Source: Trichlorobacter lovleyi SZ (GTDB taxonomy: Bacteria; Desulfobacterota; Desulfuromonadia; Geobacterales; Pseudopelobacteraceae). From it: 32,000 nt of DNA. Positions 23,665-32,000 of this stretch are shown here, piece after piece. The translations under genes and the position numbers were made by a program. Within the stretch, counting starts at the first letter, position 1, and each line of letters starts with the position of its first letter. The stretch spans positions 1,170,001 to 1,202,000 of the forward strand of contig NC_010814.1 in the NCBI RefSeq assembly GCF_000020385.1. Reading direction: 5' to 3'. Under the pieces are notes generated by a model. The model made no database searches, had not been told where the DNA came from, and saw only the letters and a program-made list of their open reading frames with translations.

Positions 23665-24947
23665 TATTTCAGCGAGCTGATATAGCCCCGGATACCATCC
23701 AGGATGCCGTCGGCAGCCAGATCATGAAAGGATGGGTCCTTCAGATGGCTCTCTTCGGTACTGTTGCTGATAAAGGCAACCTCTGTCAGGATGCTGGGCA
23801 TGCTGGCACCGACCAGCACATAGAAAGGGCCCTGCTTGACACCCAGATTTTTGGTGTCAGGGTATTTTGACCTGCTGGTTTTGTAGAGCGCCTTCTGCAC
23901 CTCTTCCGCAAGATGGGCCGAGTCATTCAGTTTGTAATTGGCCATCAGGTCAAACAGGATCGCCTGCAGCGTGCTGACCTTTTCCAGCGAGGTGCCGTTT
24001 TCCTTGGCAGCCAGTTGGGCCACCTTCTCGGTTTTGGCCAGATTCAGGTAGTAGGTCTCGATACCGGCAGCGTTTCGATTGGGGGCGGCATTGGCGTGGA
24101 TTGAGACAAACAGGTCGGCGTTGACCTTGTTGGCAATGGCGGTCCGTTCTTCCAGCGGAATAAAGATGTCGGTCGAGCGGGTCATGACCACATCCAGCCC
24201 CAGCTCTTCCCGCAATTTTTCTCTCAGTTTCAAGCCAATGGACAAGACCACATCCTTTTCCTGCAGGCCGCTTTGACCTACTGCACCGGGGTCGTGGCCG
24301 CCATGACCCGGATCCACCACAATCCGGCGGATCTTGGAGATGGAAGGGTGCTTTTTGGTTGATCTGGGAGTCCGTTCTGCCTTTGGCTCCTCCGTAGCGG
24401 TCCTGGCGGGGGCTGTCGCAGCTACGCCGTCCAGGCTGTGGCTGGCCAGGGAACTCTCCAGCCGGCTGATCTCGGTTCTCCGGTCACCTCTGACATCGAT
24501 AATCAGGCGAGCCGGGTCTGAAAGGGGAAATATCTTGTAATCCCTGATGTTGTCGGTGTCCAGTACCACCCGTACTACTCCCGGCTTGTACAGTGCAGTC
24601 CGGACGCCTTTCAAAAGGCCGTCGCCGATCGTGATATCACGCATGCTGTTGCCCAGCCGGGCGTTGTGAAGGTCAATGAAGATCCGGCCCGGTTTGCCAC
24701 TACGACCGGCAGACTTGTCCAGTTCGTGGCTTTCCCAGGTCACATCGCGGTCAAGGGTAATGGCAATCCGGGTATAGTCAGGGTTTGACCAGTATTTCAG
24801 GTCCAGTACCTGGGCCGGTGGTGCTATTCTGTTTTCTGCAGTGGATTGTTTTCTGGCTGTTCTGGCGGCGTGGACAGGTGAGGTAGCGGTTGTCAGTGCA
24901 AACAACGCCAGTAACAGGTATATAATCGGTCTTGGTCGGATCGTCAT
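23664..24947 (-). CDS. amiC: N-acetylmuramoyl-L-alanine amidase with signal peptide and AMIN domain
   Basis: The signal peptide is [27 protein letters not shown]. An AMIN-like region (YTRIAITLD...RVVLD) and an Amidase_3 core ([13 protein letters not shown]...SIHANA...) are present. There is an ATGA overlap with the mutS stop. Confidence 0.9.
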   Translation of the reverse strand: MTIRPRPIIYLLLALFALTTATSPVHAARTARKQSTAENRIAPPAQVLDLKYWSNPDYTRIAITLDRDVTWESHELDKSAGRSGKPGRIFIDLHNARLGNSMRDITIGDGLLKGVRTALYKPGVVRVVLDTDNIRDYKIFPLSDPARLIIDVRGDRRTEISRLESSLASHSLDGVAATAPARTATEEPKAERTPRSTKKHPSISKIRRIVVDPGHGGHDPGAVGQSGLQEKDVVLSIGLKLREKLREELGLDVVMTRSTDIFIPLEERTAIANKVNADLFVSIHANAAPNRNAAGIETYYLNLAKTEKVAQLAAKENGTSLEKVSTLQAILFDLMANYKLNDSAHLAEEVQKALYKTSRSKYPDTKNLGVKQGPFYVLVGASMPSILTEVAFISNSTEESHLKDPSFHDLAADGILDGIRGYISSLK

Positions 24948-27562
24948 GCCATTTTCTTCAATTCATCAAGCAGATTCAATGCTTCCAACGGTGTCATAAC
25001 AGAAATATTCAATTTTTTCAACCGTTCACGCAGCAGATCTCCCTGTTGTTCAAACAGGGTAAACTGCGCGGTTTCCTTTCTGGGCGGGGCGATGCTGCTC
25101 TTTGAGAGGCGCGGCGAGCCTTGTTCAAATTCCCCTTCTTCCAGGGTTTTGAGCACTTCTTTGGCCCGCTCGATCACGTTACGGGGCATGCCGGCCAGCC
25201 GGGCCACCTGAATGCCGTAGGAGTGAGAGGCGGCACCGGGAATGATGGTGCGCAGGAAGATGACCTGGTCGTTCCATTCCTTGACCGCTACGGTCAGGTT
25301 GGTGATCCCTTCACGGGTGGCGGCCAGATCGGCCAGTTCATGGTAATGGGTGGCAAAAAGGGTGCGGGCCTTGCAGTGGTTGGTGTCGTGCAGGTACTCG
25401 GCCACGGCCCAGGCGATCGAGAGGCCGTCGAAGGTGGAGGTGCCGCGGCCGATCTCGTCCAGTACCACCAGACTTTTGGTGGTGGCACTGCGCAGGATAT
25501 GGGCGGTCTCCATCATCTCCACCATAAAGGTGGACTGTCCGCGGGCAAGATTGTCACCGGCGCCGACCCGGGTGAAGATCTGGTCGGCAATGCCGATGGT
25601 CGCTCTGCTGGCCGGTACAAAGGAACCGACCTGGGCCATCAGGGTAATCAGGGCCACCTGGCGCATGTAGGTGGATTTACCGGCCATATTGGGGCCGGTG
25701 ATCATCAGTAGCTGGTGCTGTTCCTGATCCAGGCGGGTGTCGTTGGGGACAAAACGTTCCCCCAGATTCATCGCCTCCACCACCGGATGGCGCCCCTCAA
25801 TGATTTCGAGGGTGTCACCGTCATCCACAACCGGTTTGCAGTAATCCCGTTCCTGGGCCACCAGGGCCAGGGAGGCCAGTACATCAAGGCTTGCCAGGGC
25901 GGATGCGGTGCGGCTGACCCTGCCCCCCTGGGCGGCGGTCCGTTCCCGTACCTCCTGGAACAGGGTGTATTCCAGTTCGCAGATCCGGTCCTCGGCGCCC
26001 AGTACCTTTTCCTCGTAGCTCTTCAGCTCTTCGGTGATGTAACGCTCACCGGTGGCGATGGTCTGGCGGCGGATGTAGTTGTCCGGCACGCTGGAGAGGT
26101 TGGATTTGGTTACCTCGATGTAGTAGCCGAATACCTTGTTGTAACGGATCTTCAGTGAGCTGATCCCGGTCCGGTCGCGTTCCTGTGCCTCCATCCGGGC
26201 GATGTACCCCTTGCCTTCGCGGCTTATGGCGCGCAGTTCGTCCAGTTCGGCATGGTAACCATCGGCGATGATGCCGCCTTCCCGCAGCGAAAAGGGCGGG
26301 GCCGGGGCAATGGCCTGATTGATCAGGCTGCGTATATCCTGCAGCGGGTCCAGTTCTTCGGTCAGATCCCGCAACAGCGGGGCAGTGGCCTCCGTTAGTG
26401 CCAGTCTGATCTGCGGTACCTGCTCCAGCGAGTCATGCAGTGAGCGCAGGTCGCGGCCACCGGCACCGGCCATGCTGACCCGGCCGTTCAGGCGTTCCAG
26501 GTCATGCACCCCTTTCAACTGCTCCCGCAGCTGATCCTGCAGCGCCGGGTTCTCTTTCAGCTCTTCCACTGCCTCAAGACGCCGCCTGATCGGCGCCACC
26601 TGAACCAGCGGGTAGGAGAGCCACTGTTTGAGGGTGCGGGCCCCCATGGCCGTGGCCGTGCGATCCAGACAGCCCAGCAGCGAGCCGCTCTTCTTGTTGT
26701 CGGTCATGGTGGCGGTCAGTTCAAGATTACGGCGGGTAGCCGGATCAAGAGCCAGATGGTCGTTCTGGCGTACAATGGTCAGATCCCGCAGGTGGGGCAG
26801 TGTGGCGTGACGGTTTTCCTGCAGGTAATGCAAGACCATACCGGTTGCCAGGAGTGCCTCAGACAGCTCAGTGACGGCCAGTCCCAACATTTCCGGCGAG
26901 GCCACCCCGAACTGGCTGCAAATCAGTTTGGAGCAGTAGTCTTTGTCCAGTACCCAGTCAGCCACCGCGGCCCGGGGGCGGTCACCTGCCACCAGGGCCA
27001 GTTCCGGCGGCAGGTCACGGCGCAGCTGGTCCGGCAGCAGCAGTTCCCGGGGGGCTATGGATGCCAGCAGGGTCGCGGCTCCGGCAAGGTTGTCACTGTT
27101 GGCGGTGAGGAATTCTCCGGTGGAGAGATCAAGCCAGGCGCAGCCCCAGCGCTGCCCGCTGCTGCAGAGGGCCAGCAGAAAAGAGTTTTCATCCGGGGTC
27201 AGGCTCTCGCTTTCGGTCACCAGGGCCGGCGTAACCACCTTGACCACATCCCGTTTGACAAGTCCCTTGGTTTGCTTGGGGTCTTCGATCTGTTCGCAGA
27301 CCGCCACCCGGTAGCCCGCCTCCACCAGCCGGGCGATATACGGCTGGGCCGAGTGAAACGGCACGCCGCAGAACGGAATCTCATCGGCACTGTTCTTGTT
27401 GCGGGAGGTAAGGGTGATATCCAGAATGCGGGAAGCGACCAGGGCATCATCCAGAAACATCTCGTAAAAATCTCCCATGCGGAAGAACAGGATGCTTTCG
27501 GGGTGCTGGGCCTTGATTTCAAGGTATTGCCGCATCATGGGGGTCTGAAGAGCTGAACTCAT
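24944..27562 (-). CDS. mutS: DNA mismatch repair protein MutS
   Basis: [30 protein letters not shown]..., Walker [15 protein letters not shown] use the ATG at 27562 ([10 protein letters not shown]...) rather than the 24-codon upstream extension. Confidence 0.95.
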   Translation of the reverse strand: MSSALQTPMMRQYLEIKAQHPESILFFRMGDFYEMFLDDALVASRILDITLTSRNKNSADEIPFCGVPFHSAQPYIARLVEAGYRVAVCEQIEDPKQTKGLVKRDVVKVVTPALVTESESLTPDENSFLLALCSSGQRWGCAWLDLSTGEFLTANSDNLAGAATLLASIAPRELLLPDQLRRDLPPELALVAGDRPRAAVADWVLDKDYCSKLICSQFGVASPEMLGLAVTELSEALLATGMVLHYLQENRHATLPHLRDLTIVRQNDHLALDPATRRNLELTATMTDNKKSGSLLGCLDRTATAMGARTLKQWLSYPLVQVAPIRRRLEAVEELKENPALQDQLREQLKGVHDLERLNGRVSMAGAGGRDLRSLHDSLEQVPQIRLALTEATAPLLRDLTEELDPLQDIRSLINQAIAPAPPFSLREGGIIADGYHAELDELRAISREGKGYIARMEAQERDRTGISSLKIRYNKVFGYYIEVTKSNLSSVPDNYIRRQTIATGERYITEELKSYEEKVLGAEDRICELEYTLFQEVRERTAAQGGRVSRTASALASLDVLASLALVAQERDYCKPVVDDGDTLEIIEGRHPVVEAMNLGERFVPNDTRLDQEQHQLLMITGPNMAGKSTYMRQVALITLMAQVGSFVPASRATIGIADQIFTRVGAGDNLARGQSTFMVEMMETAHILRSATTKSLVVLDEIGRGTSTFDGLSIAWAVAEYLHDTNHCKARTLFATHYHELADLAATREGITNLTVAVKEWNDQVIFLRTIIPGAASHSYGIQVARLAGMPRNVIERAKEVLKTLEEGEFEQGSPRLSKSSIAPPRKETAQFTLFEQQGDLLRERLKKLNISVMTPLEALNLLDELKKMA

Positions 27563-27657
27563 AGCACGGTTTGTAGCACACAGGCGCTTGCCATTGCAAG
27601 GAGGCGAGGCACAGTGTATAGGTGAGTCAATCAAATCCAGCGGGGGGGGAGCAATTT

Positions 27658-27888
27658 ATGAAGATTCTGATTCAGTACTGTGCATCCTGAGGACAACAAC
27701 AGCTGGCGGCAGGTCTTGCCGCTGAACTTGAGAAGAACCTTGAAGAAGTAACCGTAGAAATTGAGCGTGGTCCCAAGCAGAGTGAGCTGGCGGTACTGGT
27801 GAATGGTGAGCAGATCTTCTCCCGGCTGGAGCAGATGCGCTACCCTACTGTACCGGAACTGATTGCGGCCTGCCGTAGCAGGCAGTAG
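27658..27888 (+). CDS. Selenoprotein, SelW/Rdx-like thioredoxin-fold protein with a CxxU motif (in-frame TGA at 27688-27690 read as Sec)
   Basis: Hand translation gives MKILIQYCAS-U-GQQQLAAGLAAELEKNLEEVTVEIERGPKQSELAVLVNGEQIFSRLEQMRYPTVPELIAACRSRQ (76 aa). A GGGGGGA SD precedes the ATG. The frame stays open for 66 codons after the TGA. A SECIS-like hairpin starts 10-15 nt after the TGA. Confidence 0.7.
27700..27724 (+). promoter_or_regulatory. Bacterial SECIS element (SelB-binding hairpin)
   Basis: GGCGGCA-GGUCU-UGCCGCU forms a 7-bp stem including one G:U pair. The apical sequence GCAGGUCUUGC resembles the E. coli fdhF SECIS apex GCAGGUCUGC (from memory). The loop GU lies about 22 nt after the UGA. 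Confidence 0.6.
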
Positions 27889-27895
27889 CTGGTAT

Positions 27896-28819
27896 TTACA
27901 GTCTGATCGCCTGATCCAGGCAGAACTCCACACACAGACCGCAGCCGGTGCAGCGTTCCTGCACAAACTCAGGGTGTTCTTCCTGTACGTTGCTGACCAG
28001 GGCGCCGGTGGGACAGATGGCGACACAGCCCTGACAGGCGCTGCAGGCTGTGTTGAACCTGATGCTGTGATCAAACTGTTTTGCTGCTGTCGCCTGTTGC
28101 TCTTCAGGCAGTGAACTGCGTGTTTGGTTCAGTAGTTCTCTTCTTTGCGGTATTCGTTTGTCTCCATAGCTGCTGCTGCGTTCCACCGGTTTTGCGCTGG
28201 TCTGCATGACGTCTGCTGCGGCCTGAAACAGCGAGTTGCGGAATGACGTGAAAAAGCTGCGTCGGTCAACGGTTTCAGGCTGGTACTGCAGTTCTACCTG
28301 AGACGTTGCCGTGACAAGGTTGCAGCCACCTGCGGTCAGTCCGCTGGCCGTCATCCGCTGCAGCCGTTCCTTCAGCAACGGCAGTATGGCGCTGTTGGGG
28401 CAGTCATCACAGTGAATCAGATTCAGGGTCAGAGCGCCGCTTAACCGCTGGCTCAGTGTCAGCAGGTGTTCCTCTGCAAGCCCCCCCAGACAGGATAGCC
28501 AGGCATGTGCCTGTTCTTTGCTACGGCAACAGCCCAGAACCGGTTTCGGGACTTTTCTGAGTTGCAGGATGATGGCCTGAAAGTCTGCCTGTTGTTCAAG
28601 TGCGCCGGAGGGGCAGACGGTGGTGCAGAGCAGGCAGCCACTACACTGTTCCTGATTGATGACCAGTCCGTCTTCCAGCGACAGGGCTGCAGCAGGGCAG
28701 ATTGCTTGACAATGGTTGCAGACGCTCTCACTGAAGCGTGTTCGCAGACAGCGGGAAGGGTCGATCTGCAGATCATCCCGGCTGCCGACAGGCACCTGTT
28801 TTTTTGCACTGCTAGACAT
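27896..28819 (-). CDS. Poly-ferredoxin-like 4Fe-4S cluster protein (307 aa)
   Basis: CxxCxxCxxxCP-type motifs occur at both ends (CNHCQAICP, CSGCLLCTTVCP, CSACQGCVAICP, CTGCGLCVEFC), with extra Cys pairs in the middle. It overlaps the TorD-like gene by 8 nt. Confidence 0.8.
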   Translation of the reverse strand: MSSSAKKQVPVGSRDDLQIDPSRCLRTRFSESVCNHCQAICPAAALSLEDGLVINQEQCSGCLLCTTVCPSGALEQQADFQAIILQLRKVPKPVLGCCRSKEQAHAWLSCLGGLAEEHLLTLSQRLSGALTLNLIHCDDCPNSAILPLLKERLQRMTASGLTAGGCNLVTATSQVELQYQPETVDRRSFFTSFRNSLFQAAADVMQTSAKPVERSSSYGDKRIPQRRELLNQTRSSLPEEQQATAAKQFDHSIRFNTACSACQGCVAICPTGALVSNVQEEHPEFVQERCTGCGLCVEFCLDQAIRL

Positions 28820-29450
28820 GGGCGGCTGCGTTCAGGTTACGGGCATCAGCGGTGACAAACGCGGCGGTACAGCGGGCAATCGCCTGATAAAACGGGGCCT
28901 CAGCGTCTTCAATGATCGTATCGGTAAACGGCCCTAGCCAGGGTAAGAGGAAGGTACCCAGAAATTGACGCTGCAGGTCTCTCAGCCGGTCTGCCTCCGG
29001 AGTATCTCCGGCAGCGGCGGCTTCCCGCTGTTTAAAGGCCATGTACGACATGAACTCCAGCTCAACGGCAAAATGATCCGGCAGTTCATGGAAGTCATCG
29101 GCCAGATGCAGGCCGTTGGCGTGGTAGAAGGCAGCCACCTTTGCCGTGGAATCCCCCATCACGGACTTCTGCTCATCCAGCCAGACTGAGCCATAGGGTG
29201 GGGCTACCAGTTTAAACGGTCCCATAAAAAGGCGGGAGTGTTCCACCACCAGTTCATCAAGACTTATTTTGTGTAAAAGTTCAGCAGCTTCTGCCGCTGA
29301 AGCAGCTGCATCCGGCACCATGTCCGACAGCAGGCCGGCCAGTGAGATACAGCAGTTTTCTTCAAGCAGGGCCTGGCTGGGTGAGTAGTAACAGGCAGCC
29401 AGAAGCCGGTAGCTGTCTTCGCGGCAGGTGGTGGCGGTTTGTTCCGGCAT
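28812..29450 (-). CDS. TorD/DmsD-family redox-enzyme maturation chaperone
   Basis: SYRLLAACYYSPSQ...EHSRLFMGPFKLVAPPYGSVWLDE...LPDHFAVELEFMSYM matches the TorD-like family pattern. Confidence 0.85.
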   Translation of the reverse strand: MPEQTATTCREDSYRLLAACYYSPSQALLEENCCISLAGLLSDMVPDAAASAAEAAELLHKISLDELVVEHSRLFMGPFKLVAPPYGSVWLDEQKSVMGDSTAKVAAFYHANGLHLADDFHELPDHFAVELEFMSYMAFKQREAAAAGDTPEADRLRDLQRQFLGTFLLPWLGPFTDTIIEDAEAPFYQAIARCTAAFVTADARNLNAAAHV

Positions 29451-29524
29451 GGTTGGCTCCTTAGCAAAGCGGGATGGGACTTTCGTCCCATCCCGTTAGT
29501 ACAGTTAACAGCTTAACAGTATGG

Positions 29525-30295
29525 TCAGATCTTGGCAGTTGCCTTGAAGGAACGGATATAGGCCACATTGGGCCTGGTCTTCTTATCTTCCTTCAGGCGT
29601 ACGGCCTTGTACTTCTTGAGCAGTTTTGCCGGTTCTGATGAGGCATCATTCAGGTCGCCGAAGACACGTGCCCTGGAAGGGCAGACCGTCACGCAGGTGG
29701 GCTGCTCGCCTTTGGCCACGCGGTGGGCACAGAAAATACACTTTTCAACCACACCCTGCTTGCGGATGCTGGCGTAATCAGGGTGGCTGTACTTGTTGTG
29801 ATTGGGGATGACGCCGCCGGCAGCCTTGGCGGTCTCCGCACCGGAGGCGGTGCAGCCCTTGATCAGTTCGGTAGTATCACGGGAGGCCTTGTGCGGGGCT
29901 TCAGTGCCACTGTTGGCGCTGATCACCGAATACTCGGCCTTTTCCTTTGCCACATCCATGGCGCTGTAGGGACAGGCCTTCTGGCAGCGGCGACAGCCGA
30001 TACAACGCTCATCATTATGCATGGTGATGCCGTCCGGCGTCTTGAACATCGCCTTGGGTTTCACCGGGCAGGCCTTGACGCAGGGGGCGTCACTGCAGTG
30101 GTTGCAGAGCACCGGAATCGCTGAAAAGTTTACCTTGGGGAATTTCCCCTCTTCTTTGTAGATGAAGTCGGCCCAGTTAAAGGTCTGGCCGTTTGTGCGG
30201 GCCTGAGTGTTGTTCTCGGTCTTGCAGCCCAGGGCGCAGGCGCCGCAGCCGACACATTTTTGCAGGTCTATGACCATTCCGTATTGTTTTGCCAT
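29525..30295 (-). CDS. 4Fe-4S ferredoxin-type electron-transfer subunit of a molybdopterin oxidoreductase (DmsB/PsrB/NrfC-like)
   Basis: MAKQYGMVIDLQKCVGCGACALGCKTENN...CNHCSDAPCVKACP...CIGCRRCQKACPY...CIFCAHRV...PTCVTVCP shows four cluster motifs. Confidence 0.9.
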   Translation of the reverse strand: MAKQYGMVIDLQKCVGCGACALGCKTENNTQARTNGQTFNWADFIYKEEGKFPKVNFSAIPVLCNHCSDAPCVKACPVKPKAMFKTPDGITMHNDERCIGCRRCQKACPYSAMDVAKEKAEYSVISANSGTEAPHKASRDTTELIKGCTASGAETAKAAGGVIPNHNKYSHPDYASIRKQGVVEKCIFCAHRVAKGEQPTCVTVCPSRARVFGDLNDASSEPAKLLKKYKAVRLKEDKKTRPNVAYIRSFKATAKI

Positions 30296-30314
30296 CTATC
30301 AGATCCCCCCTTTC

Positions 30315-32000
30315 CTAAGCTTTCTCGATCTTGACGCCGGTGAAACCGCCGTTACGTGCCGTTGCGCCGCTCAAACGGTCAAAGTCTGACGGCATCAGTT
30401 CGTTGTTGTTGCCACCCAGGGGTGTCTTGCCGTACTCCTTGGCAGCTACACGGCCGTAGGCCCAGTGACCCTGGCCATAGCACTTGGCCACCGTACCCTG
30501 CCGCACGCCCTCCCAGAGACGGGCCTTGCAGGTGATTGATCCGGTGGTGGAGGTCAGGCGGATGGTGTCGCCATCCTTGATCCCCAGCTTTTTGGCATCC
30601 AGCGGGTTGATCTTGGCCACGTCATCCCAGCTCTTGTCCCCCACATCCACCTTTTTGAATTCCTGGTACCAGACCGTATTGGCGGAGCGGCCTTCACGGT
30701 TGAGGCGTGATTTATGGTCAATAAAGGTGAAGGGATATTCTTTTTCACTGCCGTGACGCTTGGGCGACTCGTAGTGCGGCACAAAGACCAGTTCGCCCTG
30801 GGCCTCATAGCCACTGGCCTTGAGGATGTCATCAATGCTGGTCTTGTGTTTGGCAGCGAACAGGGTCAGGGTTTTTTTCAGGGTCTCGCTGTAGAACTCG
30901 AACTTGTGGGTAACAGTCTTGAACTTGCCCCAGTTCTTTTTGTAGGCATAGGTCTCGGTGTTGTAGATCCCTTTTTTCTTAAACTCGGCCCAGCTGCTGA
31001 GTTTATCGCCCTTCAGCTTCTCCTTGCCGTTCCAGGCCTTCTGACTGGAGATTTTTGCGGCGATCTCACAGAACTGCGCAGCATTGGTCGGCTTCTGCTT
31101 GGTCTCTGGATCTTCAAAGGAGGCATAGTAGTCATACTGGTTGGCAAAACCCCTTGCCTTGAGTTTTTCGGCCAAAAGCCACATCACCTCGGTCTCTTCG
31201 GCCTTGACGTTCCAGAGCGGTTTGGCGACCTGTTGCTGGATGGAAAGGTGGCCATGCAGGTTGGCCATGTTGGAGATAACCGAGAGCTTTTCAGTCGGCG
31301 CAAAGGTGGCCGGCAGCACGATGTCGGCAAACTGGGTCATCTCCGAGGCATTGGTGACCATATGCACAAAGAACGGTACCTTGGCCATGGCCTTGTCCCA
31401 ACGCTGGGCACCGGTGGCGGAGAAGTTGAAGTTGGACCAGGTGCTGATGAAGATCTGGCAGGCGGCCGGATCTTTCAGGATGCCGTCGGCCACTGCGTTG
31501 GTGACCACGTTGGCCTTGGCGCTTTCAGTTACTTTGCCATCCTTGTCTTTCTTGGAATCAAAGCCACCCATAATAGCTGGCATGTCCTTGGCGCCTCGAC
31601 CGTCCAACTTCTTGCCCTTGCTGCCTTTCTTGGCAAGCTCATCAATAAAGATATCCTTGATTTCAGGAAACTTCGTGCCTGGTGCGCTGGAAGACTGGAA
31701 TACCCCACCCTCGGTCTCAATTGATCCGAGGATACCGTTTAAGGCATAGACGGCCATTGATGCGTAGGTGCCCCGCGGGGTCATGGCCACACCAGGCCCC
31801 ATCCACACCGCACAGGCAGAACCGGCTTTGCCCATGGCTCGGGCAACCTTGATGATCTGTTCAGCCGGGATCAGGGTCTTCTTGGCAGCCCAGGCCGGGG
31901 TCTTGTCCTTCAGTTCAATGTTCCAGTACTTGACGATCCCGTAGGTCTGCTTCTCGGCAAAGGCTGCTTCATCAACCGTGGCACCGGCCTTGAACAGGTT
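30315..32000 (-). CDS. Molybdopterin (bis-MGD) oxidoreductase catalytic subunit, C-terminal ~560 aa; 5' end lies outside the window
   Basis: The frame of ORF 30315..31835 stays open to nt 32000 (hand translation upstream: ...AEQIIKVARAMGKAGS...). The C-terminal molydopterin_dinuc-binding-like region reads DGDTIRLTSTTGSITCKARLWEGVRQGTV. Substrate specificity cannot be called. Confidence 0.9.
   Translation of the reverse strand, partial: NLFKAGATVDEAAFAEKQTYGIVKYWNIELKDKTPAWAAKKTLIPAEQIIKVARAMGKAGSACAVWMGPGVAMTPRGTYASMAVYALNGILGSIETEGGVFQSSSAPGTKFPEIKDIFIDELAKKGSKGKKLDGRGAKDMPAIMGGFDSKKDKDGKVTESAKANVVTNAVADGILKDPAACQIFISTWSNFNFSATGAQRWDKAMAKVPFFVHMVTNASEMTQFADIVLPATFAPTEKLSVISNMANLHGHLSIQQQVAKPLWNVKAEETEVMWLLAEKLKARGFANQYDYYASFEDPETKQKPTNAAQFCEIAAKISSQKAWNGKEKLKGDKLSSWAEFKKKGIYNTETYAYKKNWGKFKTVTHKFEFYSETLKKTLTLFAAKHKTSIDDILKASGYEAQGELVFVPHYESPKRHGSEKEYPFTFIDHKSRLNREGRSANTVWYQEFKKVDVGDKSWDDVAKINPLDAKKLGIKDGDTIRLTSTTGSITCKARLWEGVRQGTVAKCYGQGHWAYGRVAAKEYGKTPLGGNNNELMPSDFDRLSGATARNGGFTGVKIEKA

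Noticed and set aside
26504-27556. Long antisense ORFs inside GC-rich genes (26504..27556 +, 30714..31724 +, 31141..31749 +, 6339..7091 -, 18721..19434 +, 22474..23217 +, 9745..10305 +, 20458..20949 +)
   Set aside because: They are shadow ORFs opposite confidently identified genes (mutS, the Mo-oxidoreductase, MCP, argS, ugd/rsmI, the 749-aa gene, uxs). Their translations are low-complexity and Arg/Gly/Pro-rich, as expected from high GC content.
27631-28074. 147-aa minus-strand ORF from the track covering the mutS-ferredoxin gap
   Set aside because: It lies antisense to the SelW-like selenoprotein frame, has no SD or recognisable motif, and overlaps the 3' end of the ferredoxin gene. The plus-strand TGA-containing frame with a SECIS explains the region better.

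Overview
The window is a chromosomal segment that gene content and order suggest is Desulfuromonadales/Geobacter-like; I cannot verify this without a search. Three blocks are visible. (1) 1-7.5 kb, core genes: the tail of a solute-binding protein, a hybrid sensor kinase, a receiver-kinase fusion, hisG-hisI and a chemoreceptor. (2) About 7.5-16.8 kb: an integrative element of roughly 9.3 kb inserted at the 3' end of a tRNA-Met(CAT) gene that lies next to tRNA-fMet. It carries a P4-type tyrosine integrase, two toxin-first type II TA pairs flanking a serine recombinase, an AlpA-like excisionase/regulator and a winged-helix Rep-like gene with an internal iteron-like repeat cluster. Its other cargo is an AT-rich HTH gene, a 749-aa protein with no family I can name, and an AT-rich pair of small overlapping orphan genes. 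It has no phage structural genes or conjugation genes. (3) 17-32 kb: a long co-directional minus-strand core cluster (mutS, amiC, rsmI, ugd, a GxxExxY gene, uxs, ftsB, a small Cys ORF, argS, SPOR). A molybdopterin oxidoreductase operon follows (catalytic subunit, FeS subunit, TorD chaperone, poly-ferredoxin). Two points are most worth follow-up. First, the ORF track misses a selenoprotein gene at 27658-27888: a CxxU SelW/Rdx-like protein with an in-frame TGA and an fdhF-like SECIS hairpin. Second, the uncharacterised island cargo at 7668-10760, together with 12188-12958, is the best candidate here for an undescribed system. No CRISPR array, rRNA or transposase was seen.
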